Shown: positions 16,401 to 35,770 of the stretch, piece by piece
Numbering within the stretch: position 1 is the first letter of the stretch
How the letters are laid out: every line of letters starts with the position of its first letter
Source of the DNA: the human T2T-CHM13v2.0 reference genome, Homo sapiens
DNA: 64,000 bases
Assembly (NCBI RefSeq): GCF_009914755.1
Contig: NC_060925.1
Direction: 5' to 3' (one strand)
Notes under the pieces: generated by a model
What the model was told of the DNA's origin: nothing
What the model saw: only the letters and a program-made list of their open reading frames with translations
Database searches by the model: none
Translations under genes and position numbers: made by a program

Positions 16401-17329
16401 CATGTTTTGTTTCATTTTCCTCTCTTCCTGTGTTTCAGACATGAGGTACCTCTGAAAAGATCTGACCAAGGAGTCTTACAATTCCCTAACAGAAACCAGT
16501 TCAATTCTTTCTTGACTATAAGACAAAAGTCATAAAATCTAACATCAATGTGGGCAGCCAAGTGACATATATACATTATGTGGCTCAGGTATAAAAAATG
16601 ATAGGACATGATGAGACCTGTGAGTTTGCGGTAGCTGTGAGTTACTATTCAGTGTCAGCAGGTTGTTACCAAATGGGAAGGTCAGCCCAGTGTTGCCGGA
16701 TCTTCACATTGTTTAAGAGAAGTAGGAGAATCATATTTTTACACTGACTGTCCTAATATTAAATCTTGGCTCGAAAAAAATTTTAAACATTCTACAGGCC
16801 AAACACAAAACAGGTCTATGAACTGAACAGAGACGATGCTAGGTTATCAAAGACATATTCTCACTGCGAAATGAGGAAAAACAGCACATGACAAACAAAA
16901 AGCATTCTTAAAATGAGATATTTCTCTAAAGGGACCACTTACAGAAGCTTTCTAAAGCACATTTACATCAAAAAAAAAGAAATTTTTAGAAAATATCTGA
17001 TTTAAAGTCTCAACTTTAAAGCTAAGCAAGCAATTATGAAGGTCGAATAATATGAATGCCAAATTTCAAACTGCAATTTATCAGTAGACCAAACAGCAAA
17101 CAATGCAGAAAATAAAATTTATAACTGTAAAATTAGGATAATAGTACTTGTCTCAGTTATGCTATGTGAAGTAAATTATATAAAATATATATAATAGTGC
17201 AAAAGAATTCTAGAGATCTGCTGTATAACATTATGCCTGCAGATAACAATACTGAATTGCACACAAAAAGTTAAAAGGATAGATTTCATGTTAAGAGTTC
17301 TTACTGTAACAATAAATACATTTTAATTT

Positions 17330-17495
17330 GCATTTATTATTTAGACTTATATATTATATATAATTATATATTATTTTAATATATTTCAATAATATATAAA
17401 ATTTATATATTATTATAATTTATCAAATTATTTTACATAATTTATATTTTATAAATTATATTTTATAACTAGTATATATATAAACTAGTATAATT
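17330..17495. repeat. AT-rich low-complexity tract following an old L1 3' end
   Basis: Almost pure A/T; preceded by an L1M 3'-UTR-like segment at about 17200-17320. Confidence 0.8.
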
Positions 17496-18009
17496 CCTAG
17501 TACACAATAACTTCTCAATAAATATTTGTTGATTTCTTCATTCTTGAAATGAGAAACTCTAGAACTGTACCAGAACTCAAAGGAAAACTATAAGGAGAGG
17601 AAAATGATGAAAAAGAAATGAGAGACATGAAAGACAGCCAAAAGTTAAAGTCTGTGAAAAATTAAATCATATTATGTGAACAGAATCAACAATGTCATTA
17701 ATCAAAACATAACAGGGAAACTTTTCCTCTAGATAAAGTTTTCAATATGAAAAGTGAAAATGGGCATGGTGCTCCAGAAAACTTAAGAGAACCACGCCTA
17801 ATCATAGTCCACTAACTTCTTTTAAACTTCAGACTGTAGGAAAGAATTCTACAAAAATTCAACAAAGAAATTTTAGCCCTATTGTTTTTATCTTCAAAAC
17901 TAAACACTGACAAGTGATGCCAATTCAGATGTAGAAATCCACAAGTGTCCTGCTCACAGCCTGACAACAAGAAAAAGCCAGATAATTTACAAAAATCTCA
18001 ACTTTAAAA

Positions 18010-21600
<3,591 letters not shown>

Positions 21601-23291
21601 AACCTGACTTTTAAAAATTAATGAACAAGCAAACAAATAATTCCAGAACACAACAGAGCAATATACTAAGGTGCCTGCAGAAAAACACCTGTGACCCCAG
21701 AGTTGTATAGGCAGCCATTTTACCAAAAGACAGTGGAAAGATGTTCTCAGAAGTACAAGGACTCAGAAAATACTCATCCAAGTACTTTTCCTAAATGAAG
21801 TATACCTGGGATCCTATGATTAAATAAAGGAACATAAGTCAAAAGAAAGAACACCGGAAACACTGTTTAGATAATTGTTGGTCTACATGACAGGATAAAT
21901 GTGGTAACAAACGGGCCACTACAAGCACATAAATTACCTTTGTATATTAGATACAGAAACCTTCCTCCCAGGCCCCTCCCCTTTTTTTCTGAAAGAAAAT
22001 ATCTATATGATAGGAATAGAAGTAATGGAGTAATCAATAATTACTCCATGGATTACTGTGAAATATTGAGAGAGAAAAATGTTGAATTCATTCTCTTTCA
22101 CAAAGGGAAATAAACAATTATCTTTCTGCCACTGACATTGATCAGTTTAATATGATTTAAGTTAATCTTTTTAAAAAGTGAGTTAAGAAATGTTACGTGA
22201 TTTATATTAAAAACACTTTGGAACATATATTATTTTTATTTACTCTTTTACATTTAATTTTTGTTTTATCAAAGGAGTACCTGTGGTTTAAACTGTTAAA
22301 CCGTAAGTCCAGAAATATGTATAATATTAATTTATTTGTTACTGACTGAAGATGCCCCTGAGGACATTATGTATACTGTTATTTTTAGACTTAATGGCCA
22401 CTCTACAGCTCTACAACACTGAAAACAAACAGTAGTGGTCTCCCCACCTACACAAACCCCTGCCCTAATTCCTGCTTCCTGAAGGCAATGACTCAGCTAT
22501 TTCTTCTCCATATTTACTTCCATATTTTCAAATAAAATACTTGCTGTGCTATTTCTTGATTTTTATTTTCAATTTTAGATGTTATTTGCTGATTTTCTAA
22601 TATGGAAGACAGGATTTGGAACTCCTCCATCACACTTCACCTCCCCCATTCTTCTATTAGCGATATAACATGATGATTACTCAGATTACTATATAAATAT
22701 GGTTCACAGCTGAGCCAGGTACCTACAATAGATACGTTTCTTGCCTGACACAACTTTGTGTTTTCTGAAGTTCGTGTTTATCTTGTTTTCTCATCATCTT
22801 AGGCTTCCCTTGCTGCCAGGTTAGGTTTGCATTTTCCCCTTCTGGGTAAGTCTATAGTCCCTCTGTTTTCTAGATTCTAACATTTTGTGGCTGTCATATC
22901 CTCTTCTGTCCTCTTGTCTATCTAGCTTTAAGCAATTGTATTCCTTTATTGTCTTTTGAGTGGTATTTCAGGAAGTGAAGGCAGACACATGGGTTCCATT
23001 GACCAACATGTTAAGCAGCAGCCCCTCCCACTGTCACTAACCGATCTTAGCAGAGAGACATCTGCAGAGGGGAGGCCAGGCCAGGAGGTGGGGGGCCTTT
23101 CACATTAGGGCCAACCAGGCATCCTGACCTGTCTTCTAACACTACTGAGGCCTCACTCAGCCACACAGTCACTCCCTGATTTGCACAGATCCGATTTCTC
23201 TTGTAATTTTGGAAAAAACATTCATTTGTTTAAAAAAATAAGTTAATTTAATGAATCGAGAAGGATGAGGGCCCATGGTCCTCACACCTAC

Positions 23292-23383
23292 CTTCACTGC
23301 ACTGAAGCAGACTGCGTGGAGCAGGGCGGCAGCCAAGACGCTCCGGGCCACACTGTAAACAGCCGAGGTTATCCCAGACACAG
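23292..23383 (-). CDS. PCNX2: PCNX2 coding exon, 92 nt (VSGITSAVYSVARSVLAAALLHAVCFSAVK)
   Basis: Acceptor TTTGTGTTCCAG|CT; donor AAG|GTAGGT. Confidence 0.95.
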
Positions 23384-24446
23384 CTGGAACACAAACATCA
23401 ACAGTTCTTTTCTAGACCCGCCATTCTTAAAATCAACAAATGTAAAACAGTGAAGAGATGGTTGCACATTCGCATACAAGATGCCTGCTGAAGGGGTAAA
23501 TAATACATCTATGGGATCCATCAAAAGGCACTGGGTGACTCACAGGTGCAAGAAAGAGACTACCATTAACTAAAAATTCAAGAGGAAAGTACTCAGAAAG
23601 AATGCTTTACAATGTTCTTAAAAGACCATGTGAATGTGTCAGAATGAAGGTAGGGAGACCTCATGGCTTACAGTTGAAAGCTGGTGGTCAAGGAAAAGGT
23701 CCTAGATAGCAATTCAATAGAATAAATGGGAAGGAGAAGGAGGGAGAAGGCAGGAGGAGAGAGGAGACGGGAAAGGGAATAAGCAAGTGTCCCTATGTAG
23801 TGTATGTGTGTGTGTGTGTGTACGTGTATGTGTTATGGGGGTGGTAACAGTGATTGCATTATGCACATGATTTCATTTACTCTTTATAGCAACCCTATGA
23901 GGCCATGATGTTTATTTCCATTTAGAGAAGAGAAGAGTAGGCTGAAAAGTTAAGCAATTTATGTCACGTCGTGAGATTATATCCACCTTGGTCTGAATCT
24001 AAAGTATGACATTAAAAGGGTCACAGTGATGGTTTAGGGACACAGATCACCTGTCTCTATAGGTACACACACAATACACAGCACAGTGTCAACCCACAGG
24101 CTCACCACATTGATGCACTCCCAGATTTGAGCATGTGTGTGCTCAAATACACACACACACACACACACACTTATATCCACTCACACATGCTCACACACAT
24201 TCACACACGGAGTGTTTTTTTAGGGAATAGTTTGAAGGGCCTCAAACCTATTCCAAATCACAGAGAATTCTACCCTTCCTTGTCTCTGTGCTTACGCTCA
24301 ACCAAGCTAAGTGGACCTCTTCCAATTTGGCTACAGGAAATCTGGACAGGCCCATCATCACCCAGACTGATCCAAACTGAAGTCATTTAAATGCTCAGGA
24401 CAAAGAAAACCTAACTAGCCTCTCATCTCCTGCCTAAGGCTATTTA

Positions 24447-24848
<402 letters not shown>

Positions 24849-24968
24849 TCACCCGGAGGAAACTGGAGGCTGAGACGGAAATGTGTCTGTGGATACAAGG
24901 AGCTGATCCTGAGAAAGAAGTACTGATGAAAGGAACGCACACAAGGCCAGGACTGAGCAAAGACTTCA

Positions 24969-25494
<526 letters not shown>

Positions 25495-28365
25495 TCACTA
25501 TGGAACAAAGTACTGAGGAACTGTTCCAAGTCTTTGTGAAAGTAAAATTTTATGTCATGAACATGGCTATCTATAATAATAGGGGCTGTGGTTGGTGTTG
25601 GAGCCATGTTTTGATACAGGTGGTGATTTTGTTGTGATAATTTTTGTGCCAAGATTTCAACTATATTGTAAAAAAGTAGAGCATCTGAAAGCAGTTTATT
25701 TCTCAACCAAAGCAGACAAAAAGGCACAAATACTGATATGCTATACATAACTATATAAGACATCATTTCTTTTTCAGTTTCTATCAATAGAAAGGAGAGA
25801 TACAAGAAATAAATAGAAATTTAATTACAGAACATATAGTCATGAGCATAGAAATTTTAATCCACAAAATTCCATAAAATTTCAAACAAACTGAGAAGAG
25901 CTTCTCTTTCCTTTGGGGTCAAAACCCAGCAATAACAATTTTGTGCTATGCTATATCTGCCAATTCCGGATCAGGGCAGAGGGAAGGTCCAATGAGATTT
26001 ATTAATTGCCTTTCCAAATGCTGTATGTGTATGTGACAAAAACTACTCTGAGAATGAAGAACCACAGGGAAAAGTCTAGGTATGGAATGATATGAAAGGC
26101 AAAGCCAGATATTGGGAGCTATTTGGTAAATCAAGGATAAAGAGATATTCTGTATAAGAAATACATTAGCCAGTGCAACAAAACCCAAAGAAATGGAAAG
26201 AATTGGAACACAATGAAAAATGGCATGAGGAAGATAAAATGGTAAGAAATACCAGAAAGTCATCCCTGGAGATGCTCTGGCTGTGGGTGTAGAATTGGAA
26301 CTTAATGAAACAATACAGGAAGAACAGCAGTCAACAAGGAGGTCCATGCACTAGATCCTCTCCAAAACATCCTGGAGGAGGAAAGCTCTAGTCTTTAAAA
26401 TAAATGTCGTGGAGGTGGAATGGGAGGAAGAGGGAGTCCATGTGTCTCATCTGTCAGGTTGCAGTGAACGTGAAGGAAAAAGCAGCCAAATGCTTGTTAT
26501 GTTACCAGGACTTCAGGAAAATGACACTTGAAATTGCTGAAATTATTTTGTCCTTTTTTTTTTCAGAAGTAAAAAAGTCTTTGTGGCTGTTCATAATTTT
26601 CCCTGTGAACAAACATTTTCTGTTAGCATACCACTGAGTGGGCCTATAATTTCCTCTCACTTCTTCCTAACTTCTTATTTTCCTTAATAATTATAGTCAA
26701 TGCAGAAACTTCTGGCACAGTTCCATTTCTTTTTAAGCAAAATTCATAAATAAAAATATAGTAGCTTAAGCTTATTTCTTTTATCAAATGTGAGTGATAT
26801 AAATTACCATATTTGCAGGTTTGAGGGGCAAGCAGTCAGAATTAAAATGGCACAGAAATAAAACTAAAGCCTATGAAGTCAATGTGAATGTATATATTGT
26901 GTGTCTTCAATGTGCCCTATCTGTGTATTAACTAAATGTCCTCATATGGACTGAGGCCAAGAAATGAGCCTTTAAACAAGACATAGGAATGGGACGTCTG
27001 GGTGTTTAGGGAAAGGTGAGTACAATCCAGTGATTTGTTCTAAAACCTCCACTTATCTCCAAAGTTACAGTCTCCGTTATTGAAGATGCATTATTTTTGG
27101 CAGGGATTTATAAACCTAAGGACCAAAAATAAAACATAAAACTCCCAGGTCTGAAAAAAGCAAAAACAAAAAAACACAGAGCAGAGGCCATTTGATAAAC
27201 AACCCATCCAGTGCTTGGACCCGGCTACAGCTGATGGACATTTCATCGTGCCTGAAGTTTTTCCATGCCAGAGAACTCATTTCACTAAGCAACCTACTCT
27301 ACGGTAGGGCAGCTCTAACCCAAACCGTTTTACTGGCTTCTTTGTACTGAGCTGTAACCCATCTTCTATCTGCTGGAACTAGTTATTATGGCTACAAAAG
27401 AGAATAAAATCCCTCCCCTTCAACCTGGCAGCATTTTAAGGATCTGAAGCTATTGTGTGTACTAGCACTCAAGTGTTTCTTCCCTGGGTTGGACATTCCC
27501 AGTTCCATTACCCAGTTTCCAGACCCCATACAGGCCATGTGGCTACACACTCCTCTGGGCATGCTCTAGTTTTGTTACTGCTCCTTTTGAAATATGGTAC
27601 TAAGAATCAGACACCTTTTGGCTTTCTCACCCACAGGATAATTTCAAAGCCAGTCTCACTCAGAGGTTTTTGCTCAAGGAAAGTAATGTAAATTCCAGCC
27701 AGAGGTCACCAGTCTCAGACTGAGCACAGGAAATGAGTGCGGACTAATAACTTTCACCTTATTCCTGGGGATAAAAATAAAGAATATTTTTTCTTATAAT
27801 GAAAGGAAAAGTGCACAGAGTAATATTCTGAACATATATGAGGGATCATAAAAGAAAAAGAAATTACATAGGAATATTATTCTGTGCTTCTACCTCCTTA
27901 TTCATCTGAATTTCTCCTCCTTCAACCATCTGATGTTTCCTTCTTCCTTTGAGATGTTTCTCTCCTTGCATTATACATGACAAGGAGTTTCTCCATCCTT
28001 CCCACCTGCGCCATGTCCACCTGACTTATCTCGTACCACTGGCTCAGGCATTTGATCTCTTCTGCACAAGGAGGCAGAAGGAGATGCTGATACTGGACTG
28101 GCCTCGCTCCTTGACTGTCCCTCTCCTCTGCCACCTCCTCCTGCTCTGACAGGGTTATGGTTTAATTGCAGGAACCAGGAGTGGCAGTGGGTAACCCATA
28201 CATCACCAACAAGACACTGCTCTAGGAAATACTCCATGCTCCCTAGCACCTGCCAGAGGAGGACCACTTGTACCCAACACAGCATGAGAAGCACAATAAA
28301 TCGACGGGAAAAAATGTCACATGGACCTAATTCTTCTCCCTTGTCCTTTTTCTTAAACGCTCCTC

Positions 28366-28771
28366 GTTATAGGTTGAATTATGTTCCCACAAAAGATGTT
28401 GAAGTTCTAACTCCCAGTAACTCTAAATGTGACCTTGTTTGGAAATAGGGTCTTTGCAGATTATTGAGTTAAGCTGAGGCCCTTAGGGTCCATGTGGACC
28501 CTAATTCAATATGACTGGTGTCCTTATGAAAAGGAGAAATTTGGACACAGAGGCACACATGCACAGAGGGGACACCATGTAAATATACAGGAGAAGAATG
28601 CCGCCTACAAGCCAAGGAGAACGGCCTGGAACAGGTCCTTCTTTAATGCTTTCAGAGGACAACACCTTGAGTCTGGACTTCTGGCCTCCAGAACTGCAAG
28701 ACAATAATCTTCTGTTGTTCTAAGCCACCCAGTGGGGAGTACTTTGTTACAGCGGCTCTAGGAAGTATTAC
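28366..28771 (+). mobile_element. MaLR solo LTR (MLT1B/C-like)
   Basis: GTTATAGGTTGAATT.TGT.CCC..GGAAATAGGGTCTTTGCAG..CCTCCAGAACTG..TTTGTTACAGC. Confidence 0.8.
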
Positions 28772-29744
28772 GCTTCCTAGAGCTGTACACTTCTTTTTCC
28801 TCCTAATAACCTTTTGTTTTCTCCCAATGTTTTTCTTCTCTCCTTGCTAGTTCCTCCATATAGCAATGGCAGCAGCTTTAGACTACTTACATCCCTTGCT
28901 AGTTGAGGGAATAGACAGTGAATAAGTTCCACAAGGAAGAAATGACTTTAAGTAGCCCTTGTGTTCCCACGTAAAGTCAGAAAAGTAGTGTAAGCCACTA
29001 TCTCTTTCCTTTCTCTCCCATTTGTTCTAAATTTGTTTCACAACCTTTTCCTGCTCAGTGCAAATTAGTATGTTTAACACATTCATTCCATAGGGATTGC
29101 TATTGTTCTATTTTTCTATTTATCTTTACCCCAGAAGTTATTTAATCGGCTTGCTGGATTATTTATCGCCATTTTTACTTGTCACTGTTGATAAGCAAAC
29201 AAAAATATGTATTAGGCAGAAGCTTTAATGAGAGAAAGGGAATTCCAGTGGAAAAGAATGTTCCCTCTCCAATCCCTAATGAAATTGATTTAAAAATAAA
29301 ATAAAATAAGAATATGCATAGCTAGTAGGATATTCTAGAACAAGGGTTACTGCTAAAAGTAAAATCTTAGGCTTTTAACAATTATTTAAGACATTAAGGT
29401 CTTATTTTTTGAGCTTTAATAACACCTCACATCCCAATGCCATTGTAAGTTTGCCACACCAAGACAACTACACTTATTCCAAAGTTGACTTTTTTACAGT
29501 AGCAAATAAAAATTTTAAAAACCAGGAATGAGGGAGATACCCATGTACAGAAAAGCAATTTGTAAATGGAAGACACATCATGCTCTTCATGCCCCAAACC
29601 TCTTTCTACAGATTATTGGCAAAAGGCACTTTTTAAGTCCCTACTTATTCTAAGGGCTGAGTTAAACGGTCCAAATGGACTATAGCCTTATCTGACTTAT
29701 GAATGGGAAGTATTCCAAAAGTTATTTGTACATAAATATCTTTA

Positions 29745-30077
<333 letters not shown>

Positions 30078-31088
30078 CACGGACTTTAATGTTCATTGGT
30101 TCATCCTTTCAACAAATGTTTATTTAGTGCCTCTAAATGCCAGACACTGCTAAGGATTGAGTGGTAAGAAAGCATGCAGGGTCTCTGCCTTGCCTTTTCT
30201 GAGCGAATAAGCTAGTGAGAGGGACAGGCATTATTTTGATATTACAAGTGTGAGCAGATTGCTACAAAATGGGCTAAGGACTATGAAAGTGTGGGTAGTG
30301 AGAGGATAGACAATGGGGCCAAACTTAGGGAAATGAGGTGTTATGAGCCAGCATAATGAAGGACGGGGGAGGCCGCAGAACAGCTTCCAAGTGGAAGGAA
30401 CACAATGTGTGAGAAGGGGATGAGAAAGGGATGAGAAGGGGCCACAGTAATTACGGCTCCAGCTCAAGCCACAGATCCCTGGGACCTGTAAGAGGTGGCA
30501 CTCTATCAACACTAACCCACATTCAAGATCCCAGGAAAAGATGGCTGGGGGTACCCAAGAGGGAGTGTGGAGTGCAGAGAGAGAAAAGGCAGCATTTTGA
30601 CATAGACAATCGTTTCTTGGACATCTTCCAAAATTATTTTATGCTTTCTCCTTCTCTAATCTCCAGGTCCTCATGTGCCCTTGAGCTGTGGACTCCAACA
30701 CTGCTGTTTGCAAAAAGAAGATGGCAGGAAAGGATGGCCCTGCAAAGTGTGCCATCATGAGTGAGCATCTCTGTCTACTCAAACTCTGATTTTTTCACTG
30801 CAGCCGACTTAGTGAGGAATATGGGTGCACTAAGTTATAAAATATAAGAATGACAGAAGGCCTTTCTTGTTGTGTATGTGTTTGTTCCAACTGATAGGAC
30901 TGAAAAAAAAGTAAAGTAAAAAATATCAGGAAGGATAGAAGCAAATATTCTTGGGCAGGAGGGCACTGACTGGGAGATCAAATTATGGATCTGTTCTTAT
31001 TTTTTTTCCAACATGTTTCTGTTTCCTAATTGAGCTCAGAGGTTCTCTGAAGCATGGTGCGTAATCCTTTGGCATTAAGAAGCTATTC

Positions 31089-31396
31089 TGGCCAGGCACG
31101 GTGGCTCACGCCTGTAATCCCAGCACTTTGGGAGGCTGAGGTGGGCGGATCACTTGAGGTCAGACCAGCCTGGCCAATATGGTGAAACCCCGTCTCTACT
31201 AAAAATACAAAAATTAGCCGGGCATGGTGGCACATGCCTGTAATCCCAGCTACTTGGGAGGCTGAGGCTGGAGAATCGCTTGAATCCAGGAGGTGGAGGT
31301 TGCTGTGAGCCAAGATTGAATCACTGTACTCCAGCTTGGGAGACAGAGCGAGACTCCAACAAAAAAAAAAAAGAAGAAGAAGAAGAAGAAGAAGAA
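31089..31396 (+). mobile_element. AluS with small internal deletion and A12(GAA)8 tail
   Basis: Alu dimer; TSD-like AAGAAG(C/T)TA(T/C)TCT. Confidence 0.95.
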
Positions 31397-32305
31397 GTTA
31401 CTCTGCTTCTCAAATGATGTAACAGGAAAAGATGTGTTGAGGATGCATAGAAAGGTGGGCTTGTGGTGGGTTGGGCACTGGGGGAGTAAGAATGAAGAGT
31501 TCACTATCAAAGCAGCAGGAAGAGGAACGGGAAGCCAGAGGGTAGAATGCCTACCAGGGTTTTCACCTATAAGGAGCACAAACAAAGCTTACACCATACC
31601 TGGGCACTCTCCCTAGTTCCACTAGAGAGATTCAAGGGGGCTGTCACAGAAGTTGGGAAAGGATGATGTGGGACCAAAGGCTTTGACAGTCTCTTGAGTA
31701 AGATTTCCAGCTGGCAAGCGAGAGATCCAGCTAGTGATGTTGGTAGAAGCTGCCCTTTATCAACTCAGCTGGTCAATGTGATCACAGACAATAACAAGTT
31801 GGCAGGTGTGCAAACCCCTGGATGTCTCTGCAAGAATTCTCAGAGCATATGCCGTCGGGTCAATACCGGAGCAATCACTTTGCATAAAAGGGACAACAAC
31901 AGCTGATGCTTGGTGCCCAGCACTGCTCTCTATGTCTAAGTATACCAACTCATTTAAAATTTTCAGTAATTTCTGAGGTGGCCAATATTTTTGCCTTTAT
32001 ATCACAGTTAAGTTTTGCTCAAAGTCATATACCTAGTGAAGTGGCAAAGCTGGGATTCAAACCATCAGCAGTTTGGCTCCAGAGTCAGGGCTCAAAACCA
32101 TACAGTATGCAGGTGACTTGTTTAAACAGAGCGTTTTATATAAAATACTGCCTAAACCTTAAGTCAAGCAAAGGGATTGGTGGAAGACTGGGTGATCTGA
32201 GTATTCAGGACTCCTCCTGGACTGAGAACCGTGCCCATTCATGCTGCTACCCTGATGGCAAAACCATCCCCAGCAGGCACCGTAACAACCATTCTTCAGA
32301 TGAGC

Positions 32306-32611
32306 ATTTATTTTTATTTTTTTTGAGAAAGAGTTTCACTCTTGTTGCCCAAGCTGGAGAGCAATGGCGTGATCTTGGCTCACCGCAACCTCTGCCTCCC
32401 GGGTTCAAGCAATTCTCCTCCCTCAGCCTCCCGAGTAGCTGCAATTACAGGCATGCGCCAACATGCCTGGCTAATTTTTTGTATCTTTTTAGTAGAGACG
32501 GGGTTTCACCATGTTGGCCAGGCTGGTCTTGAAATCCTGACCTCAGGTGACCCACCGGCCTCGGCCTCCCGAAGTGCTAGGATTACAGGTGTGAGCCACC
32601 GTGCCCAGCCC
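32306..32611 (-). mobile_element. AluSp/Sq-like
   Basis: GAGTTTCACTCTTGTTGCCC..GCAATGG..CACCGCAACC diagnostics; TSD GATG(A/G)GCATT. Confidence 0.93.
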
Positions 32612-32869
32612 GGATGGGCATTATTATAATGGACATTATAGTGCTGCAACTTCTTGGTCATAAATATCAAAATCCTTTAAAAATAATTCCATAGTTGGAT
32701 GCTTTGAGGCTTGGGCTCCCAGACAGTCTTCGGTAGATATGCAAGCCAAGAGGAAAGTGCACATCTCTTCACCCAATAATCAAGTAAGGAAGCTTAGAAA
32801 TTCAGAAGACAAAGGGGAGACATACCCCCAACCCCCATATTCTTCCCCACAACCCCATAATTAACTCAC

Positions 32870-33041
32870 CTATTAAGTAGTCCCTAGCTGATTGTAGAAA
32901 CACTGGAGAGAAGAGCTTCAGGCCATACACAACGTAACTGGGAGGGTGCCTGGCTTTGGCCCCTGTATCAAGAAGCAAAATAAGGCCACACAGCACACAA
33001 AAATAGATTGGTCTGCTATATGTTATGATTTGGTTGTGTCC
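32870..33041 (-). CDS. PCNX2: PCNX2 coding exon, 172 nt (GHNQIITYSRPIYFCVLCGLILLLDTGAKARHPPSYVVYGLKLFSPVFLQSARDYLI-V)
   Basis: Acceptor TTTGTTTTCTAG|GGA; donor TAG|GTGAGT. Confidence 0.95.
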
Positions 33042-34637
33042 CTAGAAAACAAACACAATTTCTGAATGGTACCTCTTATTTTGATTAAATGAAAAAAGCC
33101 TCATAGTCAATAATTTACACTATATCATATAACTTATACATATAACACATTTTCCCCCAAACACCACAATTCATATACAAAAAAAAAAAAAAAAAAAAAA
33201 AAACAGGAAAAAAAGAAAAGAAAAAAAAAGTCTGATTCTTATTCTGTCAAACCAGAATGAGACTATCAAAAAAAAAATGTTATGCCTATCATTCTCAACA
33301 AGATTTACCTGAAAATTTAATTACCATCCTGAGATAAAATCTAGATCTAATTCAATGCTTTCCCCAACAGTGAAACTTCCATTCATCTTGTTCATTCCAA
33401 GTGCAAAACTAATTTAAACCACTGTTTGCTCTACACTTGGGTGCCACTATTAATAAGAAATAGAATTATAATTTGTGGGCTTTAATTTCCCAGTCTCTTA
33501 GAAAGCAAGACAATATGGGTATGAAGTTATACCTGCAGAGATTACATAAAATGTCTTAGTGTGCACAGTGGAATCATTCAGCTTAAAAAAAGTGTTATTT
33601 ATACTATGTACACAGCATTTTCCTGTGAGGGATACCAAATATTTAGCAGACCTGATCTTATCCCTATGCCTATTGTTATGAGGCAAAGTAGAATTATTTT
33701 TTATTCTTCTTGAATTGAGAGAAAAATTAAGGAAAAGATACAACATCAACTTTTCAGGGCAAAAGCCAACAAAAAATTTACATCTCATAAATCAATGCAC
33801 AATTTATAAGATTCAGGGGGAAAAAAACAATGAAAATGAATTGGGAAAAATGTCTTTTGCAATTCATGAACTGCCTTGAGTGTAAAAAGGAAGGATTAAA
33901 GTGATATGGTTTCAGATGTGAATTTTTAAAGTCACTGCCTTGAACACGTTATATTTAGAAATGCAATTTAAATTGCCACTGCTTCTATAATAGAAATCGT
34001 CCTATTCTAAGACCATCTTTTAAGAGGAAGGAAAACACAGTCTGTCCATGGAGGCTGGCTATGCTTGGCCCAGAGTCCAGGTTCAGTCTTAAGAATACTT
34101 GTACTCTTATGAAATTTCCTTTTGAATCCAACTAGGTCATAGATTAATGGGTATGGGAATACTTTTGTTGCATTTTTAAAAACTGAAGCTAAAGCCCAAG
34201 TTCAATCTAAATGTATTTCTCATCAAGTGAATAGCAAAATAAATGTGTTGGTATAAATAACGATGCAGTATACAAATACACATGTATATGAGACATTTCC
34301 TCAAACTGGCATGGTTTAGGAAATATCATTAAATAGCTACTTTCCACTTGCTCTGATTTTTTTTCTTTGATTAAAAGGTTAAAAATACATTATTCTAAAA
34401 ATTAAAAGTCTTTAGCCTTTAACAAGTCTGAGATAGTATTTTGAATCTTCCAAGTCAAACTTTACTGGGCATGGGAAGGTTTTCTCTCTATTTGTAATTT
34501 ATGAAACAAAACTTATAGCACTGTCACAAAAAGCCTGCCCTCATCACCATGTTACTGCTTTACCACATTTTCCCATTCTATGTTTTGGGTCCCCAAACCA
34601 TACTAAGCATTTTGCTAATACAAGGCACACAAACCAC

Positions 34638-34967
<330 letters not shown>

Positions 34968-35684
34968 TAATAAAATGTCCCTGCTCTTCAATTCCTACTG
35001 CCACATATGAATCAATCATCAAATCTCCTAAGGACTGATTTTTTAATTTTTCCAGTAGAAAAATTCCAGTAGCTCCGCCAGCTGAAGTCTGATCATAATC
35101 TCTTAAAAACTCATTTGACACCATCAGGCCCCATCTGCTTTTAACCTTAAAATACACTGTAGGGAGCACCAGTGGAATTCAGCTGGGGAGCATCTTGCAA
35201 GGCTATTGCACAAAAGCAGATCTCTGTGTGCATTTGCGTTTTCCATCAGCCCTACCTCCATAAGCCGTCTCATCACCCAAATGCTAGTCTCAGTGCAGAG
35301 AAGGAGCAAGGTTCGAGACTCGAACAAAAACTCCAGGAGTCCTGCCTGTGGCAAGCAGTGGTGCCTGTGGCTAAGTGACGAGGCCATCCTAATTATCCTC
35401 TTAGAGACAGTGGAATGGTCAGCTGCTTCGAATGTTCTGTTGTTGTGAAGTGGGGAGAAAGGTTTTTGTTGTAAGGGAGCTGGGGTGTCTGGGAAAATTG
35501 TAGAGGCACACGGCTTGGCCTCAAGGGGAATGACCTGAGGTCTGTGCACAGCCTGGCCAGGCTGCCTCCATCCTCTCTCTCAGCTCTGCTGCATGTGCCA
35601 GCTCCAGGCTTCATTCCCTGGGACAGAAGAGAGCCCCTGACATCTGCTGAGTTGACAAATGTTCCTGTCTCCCCCACATTCAGA

Positions 35685-35770
35685 TTTTTTTTTTTTTTTA
35701 AAGAAAGGATCTTGCTTTGTCACCCAGGCTAGAGTGCAGTGGCATGATCATAGCTCACTGCTGCCTCCCT
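35685..35770 (-). mobile_element. Alu/FLAM fragment followed by MIR (to about 36050)
   Basis: Poly-T then CACCCAGGCTAGAGTGCAGTGGCATGATCATAGCTCACTG. Confidence 0.75.

Noticed and set aside
31906-32532. Longest ORF in the track (208 aa, + strand)
   Set aside because: Runs through MIR-like DNA and an antisense Alu (typical [15 protein letters not shown] peptide); antisense to the gene; no coding hallmarks
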